From positions 1,696,001 through 1,760,000 of the forward strand of contig OY970342.1 in assembly GCA_963717505.1 (NCBI GenBank): a stretch of DNA of 64,000 nucleotides. Reading direction: 5' to 3'. Below are positions 1 to 8,030 of the stretch, one piece after another. The number at the start of each line of letters is the position of its first letter. The stretch's first letter is position 1. The position numbers were made by a program, and so were the translations under genes. Origin of the DNA: Candidatus Eiseniibacteriota bacterium. GTDB lineage: Bacteria > Eisenbacteria > RBG-16-71-46. Below the pieces are notes generated by a model. That model did no database searches and was not told where the DNA came from. It was given only the letters and a program-made list of their open reading frames with translations.

Positions 1-47
1 GGTCGTCGACCGCGGGCACGGCCGGGTCGTCGACCTGAGAACGCGTT

Positions 48-491
48 ATGCCCGCTATAGATCCCGAGGTCTTCCGCCTCCGCATGCCGAGTCGCCTCGA
101 GCTGTTGTCCGTGGTGGACGCGCTCGCAACCTCCCTGTGTAGCCGGATGGACTTCGATGCCGATACCACGTCCCAGGTGACGACCTCGGTCATCGAAGCC
201 GGAACCAACGCCATACAGCACGGACACCAGCGCAACGCTTCGCTGCCGGTGGACATGACGTTCTCGCTGTTTGGCGACCGGCTGGAGGTCGACGTCGTGG
301 ACACGGGACCGGGCTTCAACCCGGATTCCCTCAACGGAGACGTGACCTCGCCGGAGCACTTGTTCGATGCCCGCGGGCGCGGAATCTTCATCATGCGGAC
401 GTGCATGGACGAAGTGGATTTTCGGTTCACCCCTTCGGGGACGATCTGCCACCTGGTGAAGCGCCGGCCGGCCGCGAGCTCTGCGGGCTGA
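48..491 (+). CDS. RsbW-like anti-sigma factor / HATPase_c ATP-binding protein
   Basis: 147 aa; N-box EAGTNAIQHG, G1 box DTGPGF, G2 box GRGIFIM. Confidence 0.85.
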   Translation: MPAIDPEVFRLRMPSRLELLSVVDALATSLCSRMDFDADTTSQVTTSVIEAGTNAIQHGHQRNASLPVDMTFSLFGDRLEVDVVDTGPGFNPDSLNGDVTSPEHLFDARGRGIFIMRTCMDEVDFRFTPSGTICHLVKRRPAASSAG

Positions 492-502
492 TCGTCGAAG
501 CA

Positions 503-934
503 TTGACACGCATTCTCGCCGTCGACTGGGGCGAGCGCCGAATCGGCCTCGCGGTCAGCGATCCTGGGCGCGTTCTCGCGACCGGGCTCGAGACGCTCGA
601 GGTCCGCTCTCCCGAGGATGCGGTCGCCCGAGTCGCCGCCACCGTGAGCGAGACCGAGGCCTCGAGGGTGGTGGTCGGGCTGCCGTTGCTCCTCTCCGGG
701 GAACGTGGTGCCGCGGCCCGTGCCGCCGAACAGTTCGCCGACGCGCTGGCGCGCGCGGTCGCCGTACCGGTCGAGACCTACGATGAGCGCCTGACCTCGG
801 CGTTGAGCAGCCGCCGCATGCGCGAGGTCGGTCAACGTCCGGGACGGTTGCGCGCGCGGGTCGATCAGGGTGCCGCGATCGCGTTGCTCGAGTCGTTCCT
901 CCAGCGCCTGCGGCATCGCGAGGGCGGCGTCTGA
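503..934 (+). CDS. ruvX: Holliday junction resolvase-like / pre-16S rRNA nuclease RuvX (YqgF)
   Basis: RILAVDWGERRIGLAVSD, VVGLP and DERLTS motifs; start moved to in-frame TTG at 503; directly upstream of mltG, a common arrangement. Confidence 0.92.
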   Translation: MTRILAVDWGERRIGLAVSDPGRVLATGLETLEVRSPEDAVARVAATVSETEASRVVVGLPLLLSGERGAAARAAEQFADALARAVAVPVETYDERLTSALSSRRMREVGQRPGRLRARVDQGAAIALLESFLQRLRHREGGV

Positions 935-2058
935 TGCCGGCGCGCCGTCGAGTGGCACCCGCCTCCGGGCGCATGTTCCGCCCACGACGCTGGGCGCTCG
1001 TGTTCCTGCTGCTCGCCGGCGCCGTGGTGGCCGCGCACCTGCTGTTGCCCGCGGGCCCCTTCCCTCCCGACGAGCGGCGCGTGGTCATCGTCCAACGTGG
1101 ACAGACCCTGCGCGAGGTGGCCACGGAGCTCGAGCGGGTCGGGCTGATTCGCGGCACGCTGGGCTTTCAGGTGCTCGCCCGGTTGATGCGCCTCGATCGC
1201 GACATCAAGGCCGGTCAGTACTCGTTTCGCATGGGCTCGACCGTGCCGAGTCTGTTGCGAGCGCTCGCGCGCGGCATGAGCGGCCTCAATCTGGTGACGA
1301 TCGCCGAAGGACTCACGGCGCGCCAGGTCATCGCCCGGCTGTCCACGCACCTCGGGGTGCCGGAAGCCGCGTTCGATTCGCTGGCGAGAGATCGCGCGTT
1401 CCTCGATTCACTGGGCATCGCGGCGCCGACGATCGAAGGCTACCTGGCGCCCGACAGCTACGAATTCCTGCCGGGAACCTCGCCCGAGGTCGCGTTCCGC
1501 ACCATGGCGGTGCGTGCCCAGGGGATCCTGCTCGAGGCGGCGGCCGGACGGGATTCGCTGCCGCACTCGCTCTCGCTCCACGAGATCCTGACCCTGGCCT
1601 CGATCGTGGAATGCGAAGTGCAGGTGGGAATCGAGCGGCCCCGGGTCGCTCGCGTCTACCTCAACCGCATCGGCCGCGGCATGAGGCTGCAGGCCGATCC
1701 CACCGTGGCCTACGGCGCAGGAATGCCGCCGCGCTCGCGCGTGCTCCATCGGCATCTGCGGATCGAGTCGCCGTACAACACGTACCTGCACGAGGGCCTG
1801 CCCCCCGGCCCCATCTGCAATCCGGGTCGCGCGAGCGTTCAGGCCTCGCTCGATCCTTCGGAGGAGTCGGACGAGCTCTACTTCGTCGCGGATGGAACCG
1901 GGCGGCATCGGTTCGCGACCACCTACGAGGAACACCTGGCGAACATTCGTGAAATCCGCGGGCCGGGGGGCCTGGGGGACCCCGACAGCCGCGTCGACAC
2001 GCTCGCGGTTCGCAAGGTGCGGGCTCGAGCCGCGAGTGCTAGGCTCTCGGCCCCGTGA
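934..2058 (+). CDS. mltG: Endolytic transglycosylase MltG
   Basis: N-terminal TM helix; EGYLAPDSY, LASIVECE, LQADPTV and SPYNTYLHEGLPPGPICNPG motifs. Confidence 0.95.
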   Translation: MPARRRVAPASGRMFRPRRWALVFLLLAGAVVAAHLLLPAGPFPPDERRVVIVQRGQTLREVATELERVGLIRGTLGFQVLARLMRLDRDIKAGQYSFRMGSTVPSLLRALARGMSGLNLVTIAEGLTARQVIARLSTHLGVPEAAFDSLARDRAFLDSLGIAAPTIEGYLAPDSYEFLPGTSPEVAFRTMAVRAQGILLEAAAGRDSLPHSLSLHEILTLASIVECEVQVGIERPRVARVYLNRIGRGMRLQADPTVAYGAGMPPRSRVLHRHLRIESPYNTYLHEGLPPGPICNPGRASVQASLDPSEESDELYFVADGTGRHRFATTYEEHLANIREIRGPGGLGDPDSRVDTLAVRKVRARAASARLSAP

Positions 2059-3008
2059 GCCCATCGCAGACCCCCGACCTCATTCAGATCGTTCCTTCGG
2101 ATTCCCGCACGCGAGTTTCACCGGACACCGCCGGCGACGACGCCGAGCCGGTCGCGGACTGGACCGGTCTCCTGGCCCGGCTCCGAGCCGCGGTCGGCAA
2201 ACTCGGGTCGGCCGTGGTCGCGTACTCCGGCGGCGTGGACTCGAGCGTCGTTCTCAGAGTGGCGGTCGAGCAGCTCGGGGACCGAGCCCTCGGCGTGATC
2301 GGTCGGTCGGACTCCTACGCCCTCCACGAGTTGAACCTGGCCCTGGACCAGGCTGCCGCCTTTGGAGCCCGGGTCGAGACGGTCGCGACCGGCGAGCTGT
2401 CGGACCCGACCTTCCGCGCCAACCCACTGGACCGTTGCTACCACTGCAAGACCGAGCTGTATCGCAAGTTGGCCGAGATCTCCCGTCGCGAAGGGGGGGC
2501 CGTGATCCTCGACGGCACCATTCGAGACGACCTTGCGGACTGGCGTCCGGGGCGGCGTGCGGCGAGCGAACACGGGGTGCAGTCGCCTTTGGCCGAGCTG
2601 GGGTTCACCAAGGACACGGTTCGCCTCGTAGCCCATCACCTGGGCCTCGCGAGCCAGGACAAGCCGGCAGCGCCCTGTCTGGCCTCGCGAATCCCTTACG
2701 GCACCGAGATCTCCCCCGAGAACCTGGCGATGGTGGGGGGCGGCGAGGAACTGCTGAGACGCCTCGGATTCCGGGAGCTCCGGGTGAGGCACCACGGCAC
2801 GGTTGCCCGAATCGAGGTTGCTCCAAGCGAGTTCGGGAAGATCCTCGACCCGGGGTGCCGGGAAGCGCTGATCGGCGGTCTCAAAGCGCTCGGATATCGA
2901 CACGTGGCTCTGGATCTCGAGGGCTTCCGTTCAGGCAGCCTCAATCCTGATTCGGTCCGGCAACCCCGGAACAAAGACGGAACCGCACCCCACGAGCGGG
3001 GGATATAA
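2055..3008 (+). CDS. larE: ATP-dependent sacrificial sulfur transferase LarE family
   Basis: PP-loop AYSGGVDS; RCYHCK; RPG; CLASRIPYG; RVRHHG; DLEGFRSGSLN. GTG start overlaps mltG stop; the true start may be slightly downstream. Confidence 0.9.
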   Translation: MSPSQTPDLIQIVPSDSRTRVSPDTAGDDAEPVADWTGLLARLRAAVGKLGSAVVAYSGGVDSSVVLRVAVEQLGDRALGVIGRSDSYALHELNLALDQAAAFGARVETVATGELSDPTFRANPLDRCYHCKTELYRKLAEISRREGGAVILDGTIRDDLADWRPGRRAASEHGVQSPLAELGFTKDTVRLVAHHLGLASQDKPAAPCLASRIPYGTEISPENLAMVGGGEELLRRLGFRELRVRHHGTVARIEVAPSEFGKILDPGCREALIGGLKALGYRHVALDLEGFRSGSLNPDSVRQPRNKDGTAPHERGI

Positions 3009-3163
3009 CCCGTGCGCCCCAAGGTGGCGGTGGCACAGGAAGCGATCCTCGCTGGGATCGTGGTAGCCCGGGCCGTCAGTTCCGGACATGCCGATGATCT
3101 CGCGCCGATCGCAAGGCCCGAGAACTTCGGCATTTCGCATTTCGGGGGCAGGGGAGAAGCAGA

Positions 3164-3412
3164 ATGGCGCGTCAGGTGACATCGAAGTCCAAGCCCGCTC
3201 GCAGGTCTCAATGGAGCAGCGACCTCGGCTTTACGTGGGGGGTCCCGAACCGGGTTCTCCTCGGAGCCGGAGTGGCGGCGATCGTTTGGGGCTATGTGGC
3301 GTTGTCGAAGGGCTCGATCACCCTCGCACCCCTTCTGCTCGCCGTCGGGTACTGCGTACTCATCCCGGCATCCCTGCTCATCCGTTCAGGCGAAGAGGCC
3401 TCGGGCGAATAG
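3164..3412 (+). CDS. Small two-TM membrane protein (DUF3098-like)
   Basis: SD-like AGGGGAG upstream; two hydrophobic stretches with SITLAPLLL..GY..LIP pattern; stop codon lies inside the tRNA. Confidence 0.7.
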   Translation: MARQVTSKSKPARRSQWSSDLGFTWGVPNRVLLGAGVAAIVWGYVALSKGSITLAPLLLAVGYCVLIPASLLIRSGEEASGE

Positions 3413-3478
3413 CTCAGCTGGCAGAGCACTTGCCTTACAAGCAAGGGGTCACAGGTTCGAGCCCTGTTTCGCCCACCA
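3403..3478 (+). tRNA. tRNA-Val (anticodon TAC)
   Basis: Acceptor stem GGGCGAA/TTCGCCC, D-arm AGCTCAGCTGGCAGAGC, anticodon arm CTTGC-CTTACAA-GCAAG, T-loop GGTTCGAGCC, encoded CCA; 76 nt. Confidence 0.97.
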
Positions 3479-3547
3479 AAACCTTGGGAAACGCACGGGT
3501 TACGTCAGGGGAAGCCCTGGCCCGTCGACCATGGAGCCACGGAGTTC

Positions 3548-3569
3548 GCCCCGTCGAAGGGGCAAAAAA
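3548..3569. terminator. Hairpin with A-tract downstream of the tRNA (possible terminator)
   Basis: GCCCC-GTCGAA-GGGGC followed by AAAAAA. Confidence 0.4.
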
Positions 3570-3571
3570 CC

Positions 3572-3601
3572 TTGACATAGCGAAAGGGCGAACCCTAGAC
3601 T
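3572..3601 (+). promoter_or_regulatory. Sigma70-type promoter for the secreted-protein cluster
   Basis: TTGACA-N18-TAGACT. Confidence 0.7.
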
Positions 3602-3783
3602 TGTGGCCGTCTTGGAACGCCTTGCAGGCGCGACAATTAACGCGCATGCGCCCCGGCTTCGCGAGAAGAGGAATTCGGAAGAGCCTGAAAGGAGGTGGCC
3701 GCAGCCCTACCCGATTGCTCGCAACTCTTGCTTGTGTACGACCTTAAGCATCAGGGGATGACCCACTGTATGGAGGTGCAATA

Positions 3784-4452
3784 ATGACTGGTCTGCTTCG
3801 CAAGGCCACCCTTCTCGCGTGCGGCCTCGCTGTCGCTGCAACGAGCGCGATGGCGGCTGTTCCCAGCCCGGATGATTCGGATGTACCTTGCGGCATCAAC
3901 CTCGTCGGAACGACGGGTGGTGTCGCCGATTCGAAGGGCGAGTTTACGATTGTCGTTCGCGATCTCGCGCAGAACCCGATCGCCGGCAGCTCGGTGGTGA
4001 TCAGCTTCGATGCGTGCGAGATCGATATTCGCGTCTGCTCGGTCCAGCCGTTCTCCGGCGTGGTCGCTGACTGCTTGAGCGGTCCGGTCGGCGAAATCAG
4101 CGCGGTGACGGACGGTGCCGGTACGGTCGTGCTGCGCGTCGTCGGTGGCGCTCGGAACACGGGCGGCGGTGCCCCCGCCGAAGGTTTCAAGTGCGCAACG
4201 GTTTATGCCGATGGTGTGAATCTGACCCTCCCGGTCAGCGGCCTCAATGTCGGCGCCTTCGATGAGAACGGCGCGGGCGGTATCAACCCGGCTGACATCT
4301 CGGTGTGGCTGTCAGACTCCTTCGATGCGGACTTCGAGGGCCGTTCGGACTTCAACTGCTCGAACTCGGCCAACCCGGTCGACTTGGCGCTGCTGCTCAG
4401 CGCGTCGCTCGGCGGTGGATCGGCCACGAGCTGCGCCGCGTACTGCAACTGA
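3784..4452 (+). CDS. Secreted Cys-containing protein with Ig-like region and C-terminal dockerin-like duplicated Ca-binding motifs
   Basis: SD GGAGG; signal peptide ending AMA; FTIVVRD..NPIAG and TDGAG Ig-like pattern; DENGAGGINPADIS and DFNCSNSANPVDLA repeats. Confidence 0.75.
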   Translation: MTGLLRKATLLACGLAVAATSAMAAVPSPDDSDVPCGINLVGTTGGVADSKGEFTIVVRDLAQNPIAGSSVVISFDACEIDIRVCSVQPFSGVVADCLSGPVGEISAVTDGAGTVVLRVVGGARNTGGGAPAEGFKCATVYADGVNLTLPVSGLNVGAFDENGAGGINPADISVWLSDSFDADFEGRSDFNCSNSANPVDLALLLSASLGGGSATSCAAYCN

Positions 4453-4465
4453 AGTAACAGAATCC

Positions 4466-4494
4466 CGCGAACGCTCCGATGTGGAGCGTTCGCG
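4466..4494 (+). other. Intergenic 12-bp stem-loop without U-tract (mRNA stabiliser or partial terminator)
   Basis: CGCGAACGCTCC-GATGT-GGAGCGTTCGCG. Confidence 0.55.
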
Positions 4495-4630
4495 CCCGGT
4501 GGAGTGAACAACAGCATCCAGCTCTGCATCATCGCGAATCGACATGAAAGGTGGTGATGGCCGACCCACGATGCTTCAGGTCACCCAGGGAGATTTCTCT
4601 CACTAGCTTTTTCGCATCTCGGAGGTAGCA

Positions 4631-5362
4631 ATGAGAAAGTCCATCATCCTGACGGGTGCCATGCTCGCGCTGACGGCGTCCTTTGCCTCGGCCGCCGGCA
4701 TCAACCTGGCCTGGGACGACTGCGGACTCAACGGCACGATGGTCAAGACGGACGCTTGTAACAGCAACACGGGCGCACCGAACATGTTGGTTGCGTCCTT
4801 CGTTCCGCCGTCGAATGTCGTCGAGTTCCTCGGTCTTTCCGCCCAGATCGATATCACGTCGGAATCCGCCACGCTGCCCGATTGGTGGCGTCATGGGACC
4901 GGGCAGTGCCGCAGCACGACCGGTCTGTCGACGGGTTTCGATTTCACGAGTGGTCCGTTCAGCTGCATCGACTTCTACACCGGCGCGGCGGCGGGCGGCT
5001 TCGCGTATGACGTCGGCTATGGTTCGCCGAATCGTGCCCGGCTGCGCATTCAGTGCGCCGTGCCGTTCGAGAACCGCGGTCCGGTGAGCGACGTGGACGA
5101 GCACTACGCGTTCCGCGTCAACCTGCAGCGCGCGAAGACCACCGGTACGGGCAACTGCGCCGGCTGCAACGTACTCTCGTACATCGTCCTGAACTCGATC
5201 CAGCTGTTCCAGCCGCCCGAGCAGAACAACGACCCGGACATCTTCAACCCGGGTGGTGGTTCGATCTGCGCGACGTGGCAGGCGCCTCCGGGCACCCAGT
5301 GCCCGCTGTCGACGCCGACCAGCAAGGCGAGTTGGGGTCAGATCAAGAGCCTGTATCGGTAG
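4631..5362 (+). CDS. Secreted Cys-rich protein, paralogue 1, C-terminal SWGQIKSLYR
   Basis: SD GGAGG; signal peptide; shares LAWDDC, PDWWRHG, CxGC and VLNSIQL blocks with three downstream paralogues. Confidence 0.85.
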   Translation: MRKSIILTGAMLALTASFASAAGINLAWDDCGLNGTMVKTDACNSNTGAPNMLVASFVPPSNVVEFLGLSAQIDITSESATLPDWWRHGTGQCRSTTGLSTGFDFTSGPFSCIDFYTGAAAGGFAYDVGYGSPNRARLRIQCAVPFENRGPVSDVDEHYAFRVNLQRAKTTGTGNCAGCNVLSYIVLNSIQLFQPPEQNNDPDIFNPGGGSICATWQAPPGTQCPLSTPTSKASWGQIKSLYR

Positions 5363-5419
5363 TTTCTTGGTGTGAGCAACTAGGTCCCCCTTGCAGTTTT
5401 CTTAGCCTGGAGGCTAAAC

Positions 5420-6133
5420 ATGAAGAAGAGCTTGCTTGTCGCAGGAGCGCTCCTGGTGCTTGGAGCAGCCACGGCTTCGGCCCAGCCGGGCACCATCGGT
5501 CTCGCCTGGAACGACTGTGCCGGCCCGACCACCCAGACGTTCGCCTGCAATTCGAACGCGGGCGCGCCGTTTACGCTCGTCGGTTCGTTCACGCCGTCGA
5601 CCGAGCTGCCTGAGTTCCTCGGCATCTCGGTCGACATCAACATCCAGTTCCCGAACGTGGCGACGGTTCCCGACTGGTGGCAGCATGGCGCTGGTCTGTG
5701 CCGCGGCACGACCGGCATTGCCACCAACTTCGACTTCACCAGTGGTCCGTTCACCTGCCTCGACTTCTACGTCGGCGCGGCGGCGGGCGGCTTCGCGTAT
5801 GACGTCGGCTACGGTGCCGCGAATCGTTCGCGCCTGCGCATTCAGTTGGCAGTGCCGTTCGAGAACCGTGGCTTCATCGATCAGTCGGCGGAGTGGTACG
5901 CCTTCAAGGTGAACCTGCTCCGTGCGAAGACGACGGGCACGGGCTCGTGCGTGGGTTGCATGGAAGCGACCAACGTCGTGCTCGACGAGATCCAGCTGTT
6001 CCAGCCGCCGGAGCAGAACAACGACCCGCGGATCAGTGCGCCCAGCGCAGCGGGCAACACGGCTGGCTACCAGGCGGGCCCGACCCCGGTCAGGAATGCG
6101 ACCTGGGGCCAGGTGAAGAGCCTGTACCGGTAG
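5420..6133 (+). CDS. Secreted Cys-rich protein, paralogue 2, C-terminal TWGQVKSLYR
   Basis: SD GGAGG; signal peptide; same conserved blocks. Confidence 0.85.
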   Translation: MKKSLLVAGALLVLGAATASAQPGTIGLAWNDCAGPTTQTFACNSNAGAPFTLVGSFTPSTELPEFLGISVDINIQFPNVATVPDWWQHGAGLCRGTTGIATNFDFTSGPFTCLDFYVGAAAGGFAYDVGYGAANRSRLRIQLAVPFENRGFIDQSAEWYAFKVNLLRAKTTGTGSCVGCMEATNVVLDEIQLFQPPEQNNDPRISAPSAAGNTAGYQAGPTPVRNATWGQVKSLYR

Positions 6134-6161
6134 TTTCGTTGTAGCAGAAGGGCTTCAATCT

Positions 6162-6199
6162 TCGGGGCGACCGATCCCACGCGGTCGCCCCGATTCTTT
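6162..6199 (+). terminator. Intrinsic terminator
   Basis: TCGGGGCGACCG/CGGTCGCCCCGA 12-bp stem followed by TTCTTT. Confidence 0.75.
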
Positions 6200-6306
6200 G
6201 TGGGTCTGATGCGGTGGCGATTCGGGTGAGGAACCTCGATCAGCGGGCTCGCTCGATCGCCAGTGTGCTGCTACCATCGGGCGACCGGGCGCAAGGGGAA
6301 GTATCC

Positions 6307-7059
6307 ATGCGCGCAGTCGCGCGATTTCTATTCATCGTCATCTTCATCGTGCCCGCGGGCTTCGGGCCCCCGCCGGCCCGGGCCGACGGCGACCTCCATC
6401 TCGCCTGGGACGACTGCCGGATCACCGGGGCCGACGACGCCCCCGCGGTCTGCCTGACCAACGAAGGCGCCACCGAGCTCTTCTGCGCGTTCACGCTCGA
6501 TGCCCCGATCCCGGACGTGATCGGCATCGAGGTGGTCGTCGACATTCAGCACAGCGCCGGTCAGCTGCCCGACTGGTGGCACATGCAAGGCAAGGGCGAG
6601 TGCCGCGACGGCTCGCTACTGGCCAGCGGCGACTTCTCGACGAACGGCGTCTGCGTCGATCCCTGGCTCAATCTCGGCGGCGGCCTGGTGCTCTACGATC
6701 CGGGTCTGCCGCGCGGGCAGCCCAGCCAGGCTCGCATCCACGGGACGTACGCCATTCCCTCGGATCAGGCGCGCGAACTGGTCACGGGCGAGATGTACTA
6801 CGGACTAAAGATCGTACTCCGCAACGACCGTTCGGTATTTCCGTTCGAGTGCACCGGGTGCACGCAGCCCGCGTGTCTGGTGCTCAACCAGATCACGCTG
6901 CTCCGGGTGCCGTCGGCCGATCCGCCGGAGATTCCGCTGGTCCGCCCCGGACCCGGGAACGCGAACCGAGTGACCTGGAAAGGCGGCACTGCCGCGGACT
7001 GCACCGCGGTCCCGATCCGAAAGACGACCTGGGGCCAGATCCGAAGTCTGTACCGCTGA
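6307..7059 (+). CDS. Secreted Cys-rich protein, paralogue 3 (divergent), C-terminal TWGQIRSLYR
   Basis: ATG 6307 after AAGGGGAAG; signal peptide; LAWDDC, PDWW, CTGC..C.VLN blocks. Confidence 0.8.
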   Translation: MRAVARFLFIVIFIVPAGFGPPPARADGDLHLAWDDCRITGADDAPAVCLTNEGATELFCAFTLDAPIPDVIGIEVVVDIQHSAGQLPDWWHMQGKGECRDGSLLASGDFSTNGVCVDPWLNLGGGLVLYDPGLPRGQPSQARIHGTYAIPSDQARELVTGEMYYGLKIVLRNDRSVFPFECTGCTQPACLVLNQITLLRVPSADPPEIPLVRPGPGNANRVTWKGGTAADCTAVPIRKTTWGQIRSLYR

Positions 7060-7221
7060 TCGCGGGCTGCGGTATGCTCCCGGCCCCCGCCGGGGCGCGC
7101 CCGGGCGGCCATGGCGCCGCACGGACCGCGTACGGGGGACTGCATCCACGGTCCATCAGGGAAGTCATCGGAACACGGAGTCCACCAGCGTCCCGTCCCC
7201 CGGGACAGGAGAAAACCCGCC

Positions 7222-7947
7222 ATGAAGAACCTGCTGTGCAGTCTGCTCTTGGTCGCGGTGATGCCGGTCGCGGCCCTTGCCGAGGGGATCAACCTCTCAT
7301 GGGACGATTGCGGTGCTGCCGGAACCGACACGAAGACCTGGGTCTGTGATACGAACAGCGGGGCCCCGTTCACGCTGGTCGCGTCGTTCGTCCCGCCGGA
7401 CAACGTTCCGGAGTTCCTCGGAGTCGCGTCCCAGCTCGACTTCCGGATCGGAATCTCGACCACGCCCGACTGGTGGCGTCATGGCTCGGGTCTCTGTCGC
7501 GCCACGACCGGTCTCGCCACGAATTTCGACTTCACCGGTGGGCCGTTCTCCTGCACCGACTTCTACTCAGGTCAGGCGGCCGGTGGCTTCGCCTACGACG
7601 CCGAGTATCCGGGGCCGGGCAATCGCGCGCGCCTTCGCATTCAGCTCGCGGTGCCGTTCGAGAACAAGGGCCCGGTGGCTTCGGACACCGAGTATTACGC
7701 GCTCAAGGTCAACCTGCTCCGTTCGAACACGGGCACCTGCACCGGCTGTCTGACCGAGGCGTGCATCGTGCTGAACTCGATTCAGCTCTATCAGCCGCCG
7801 GAGCAGAACTTCGACCCCGACATCTCGACCACGGTCGCCGGCGGCCGGAGTCACGTGACCTGGCAGGCGGCGTCGATCGCGAACTGCCCGCAGAGCACCG
7901 CCGCTCGGAACGCGACCTGGGGCCAGGTGAAGAGCCTCTATCGCTAG
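7222..7947 (+). CDS. Secreted Cys-rich protein, paralogue 4, C-terminal TWGQVKSLYR
   Basis: ATG 7222 after AGGAG; signal peptide MKNLL...ALA; same conserved blocks. Confidence 0.85.
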   Translation: MKNLLCSLLLVAVMPVAALAEGINLSWDDCGAAGTDTKTWVCDTNSGAPFTLVASFVPPDNVPEFLGVASQLDFRIGISTTPDWWRHGSGLCRATTGLATNFDFTGGPFSCTDFYSGQAAGGFAYDAEYPGPGNRARLRIQLAVPFENKGPVASDTEYYALKVNLLRSNTGTCTGCLTEACIVLNSIQLYQPPEQNFDPDISTTVAGGRSHVTWQAASIANCPQSTAARNATWGQVKSLYR

Positions 7948-7969
7948 TTGCTTCGACCGTATTGCGGCG

Positions 7970-8006
7970 GCGGCCACCTTCCCGGCGGGAGGGTGGCCGC
8001 AGTCTT
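7970..8006. terminator. Terminator hairpin between convergent genes
   Basis: GCGGCCACCTTCCC/GGGAGGGTGGCCGC stem. Confidence 0.65.
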
Positions 8007-8030
8007 CGGATCGCGATGCCGAGCCCGGGG

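Noticed and set aside
1-38. GGTCGTCGACC direct repeat at the window start
   Set aside because: Only two 11-bp copies, probably in the tail of a truncated upstream gene; not interpretable.
3031-3046. TGGCAC as a sigma54 -24 box
   Set aside because: No GC at the -12 position.
4631-7947. Diversity-generating retroelement or CRISPR-like repeats behind the paralogue similarity
   Set aside because: No reverse transcriptase, no adenine-specific TR/VR mismatch pattern and no regularly spaced repeats; ordinary paralogy fits.
3403-8030. Genomic island integrated at tRNA-Val
   Set aside because: No integrase and no duplicated tRNA 3' end seen; the lower GC is better explained by high-expression codon usage and intergenic DNA.
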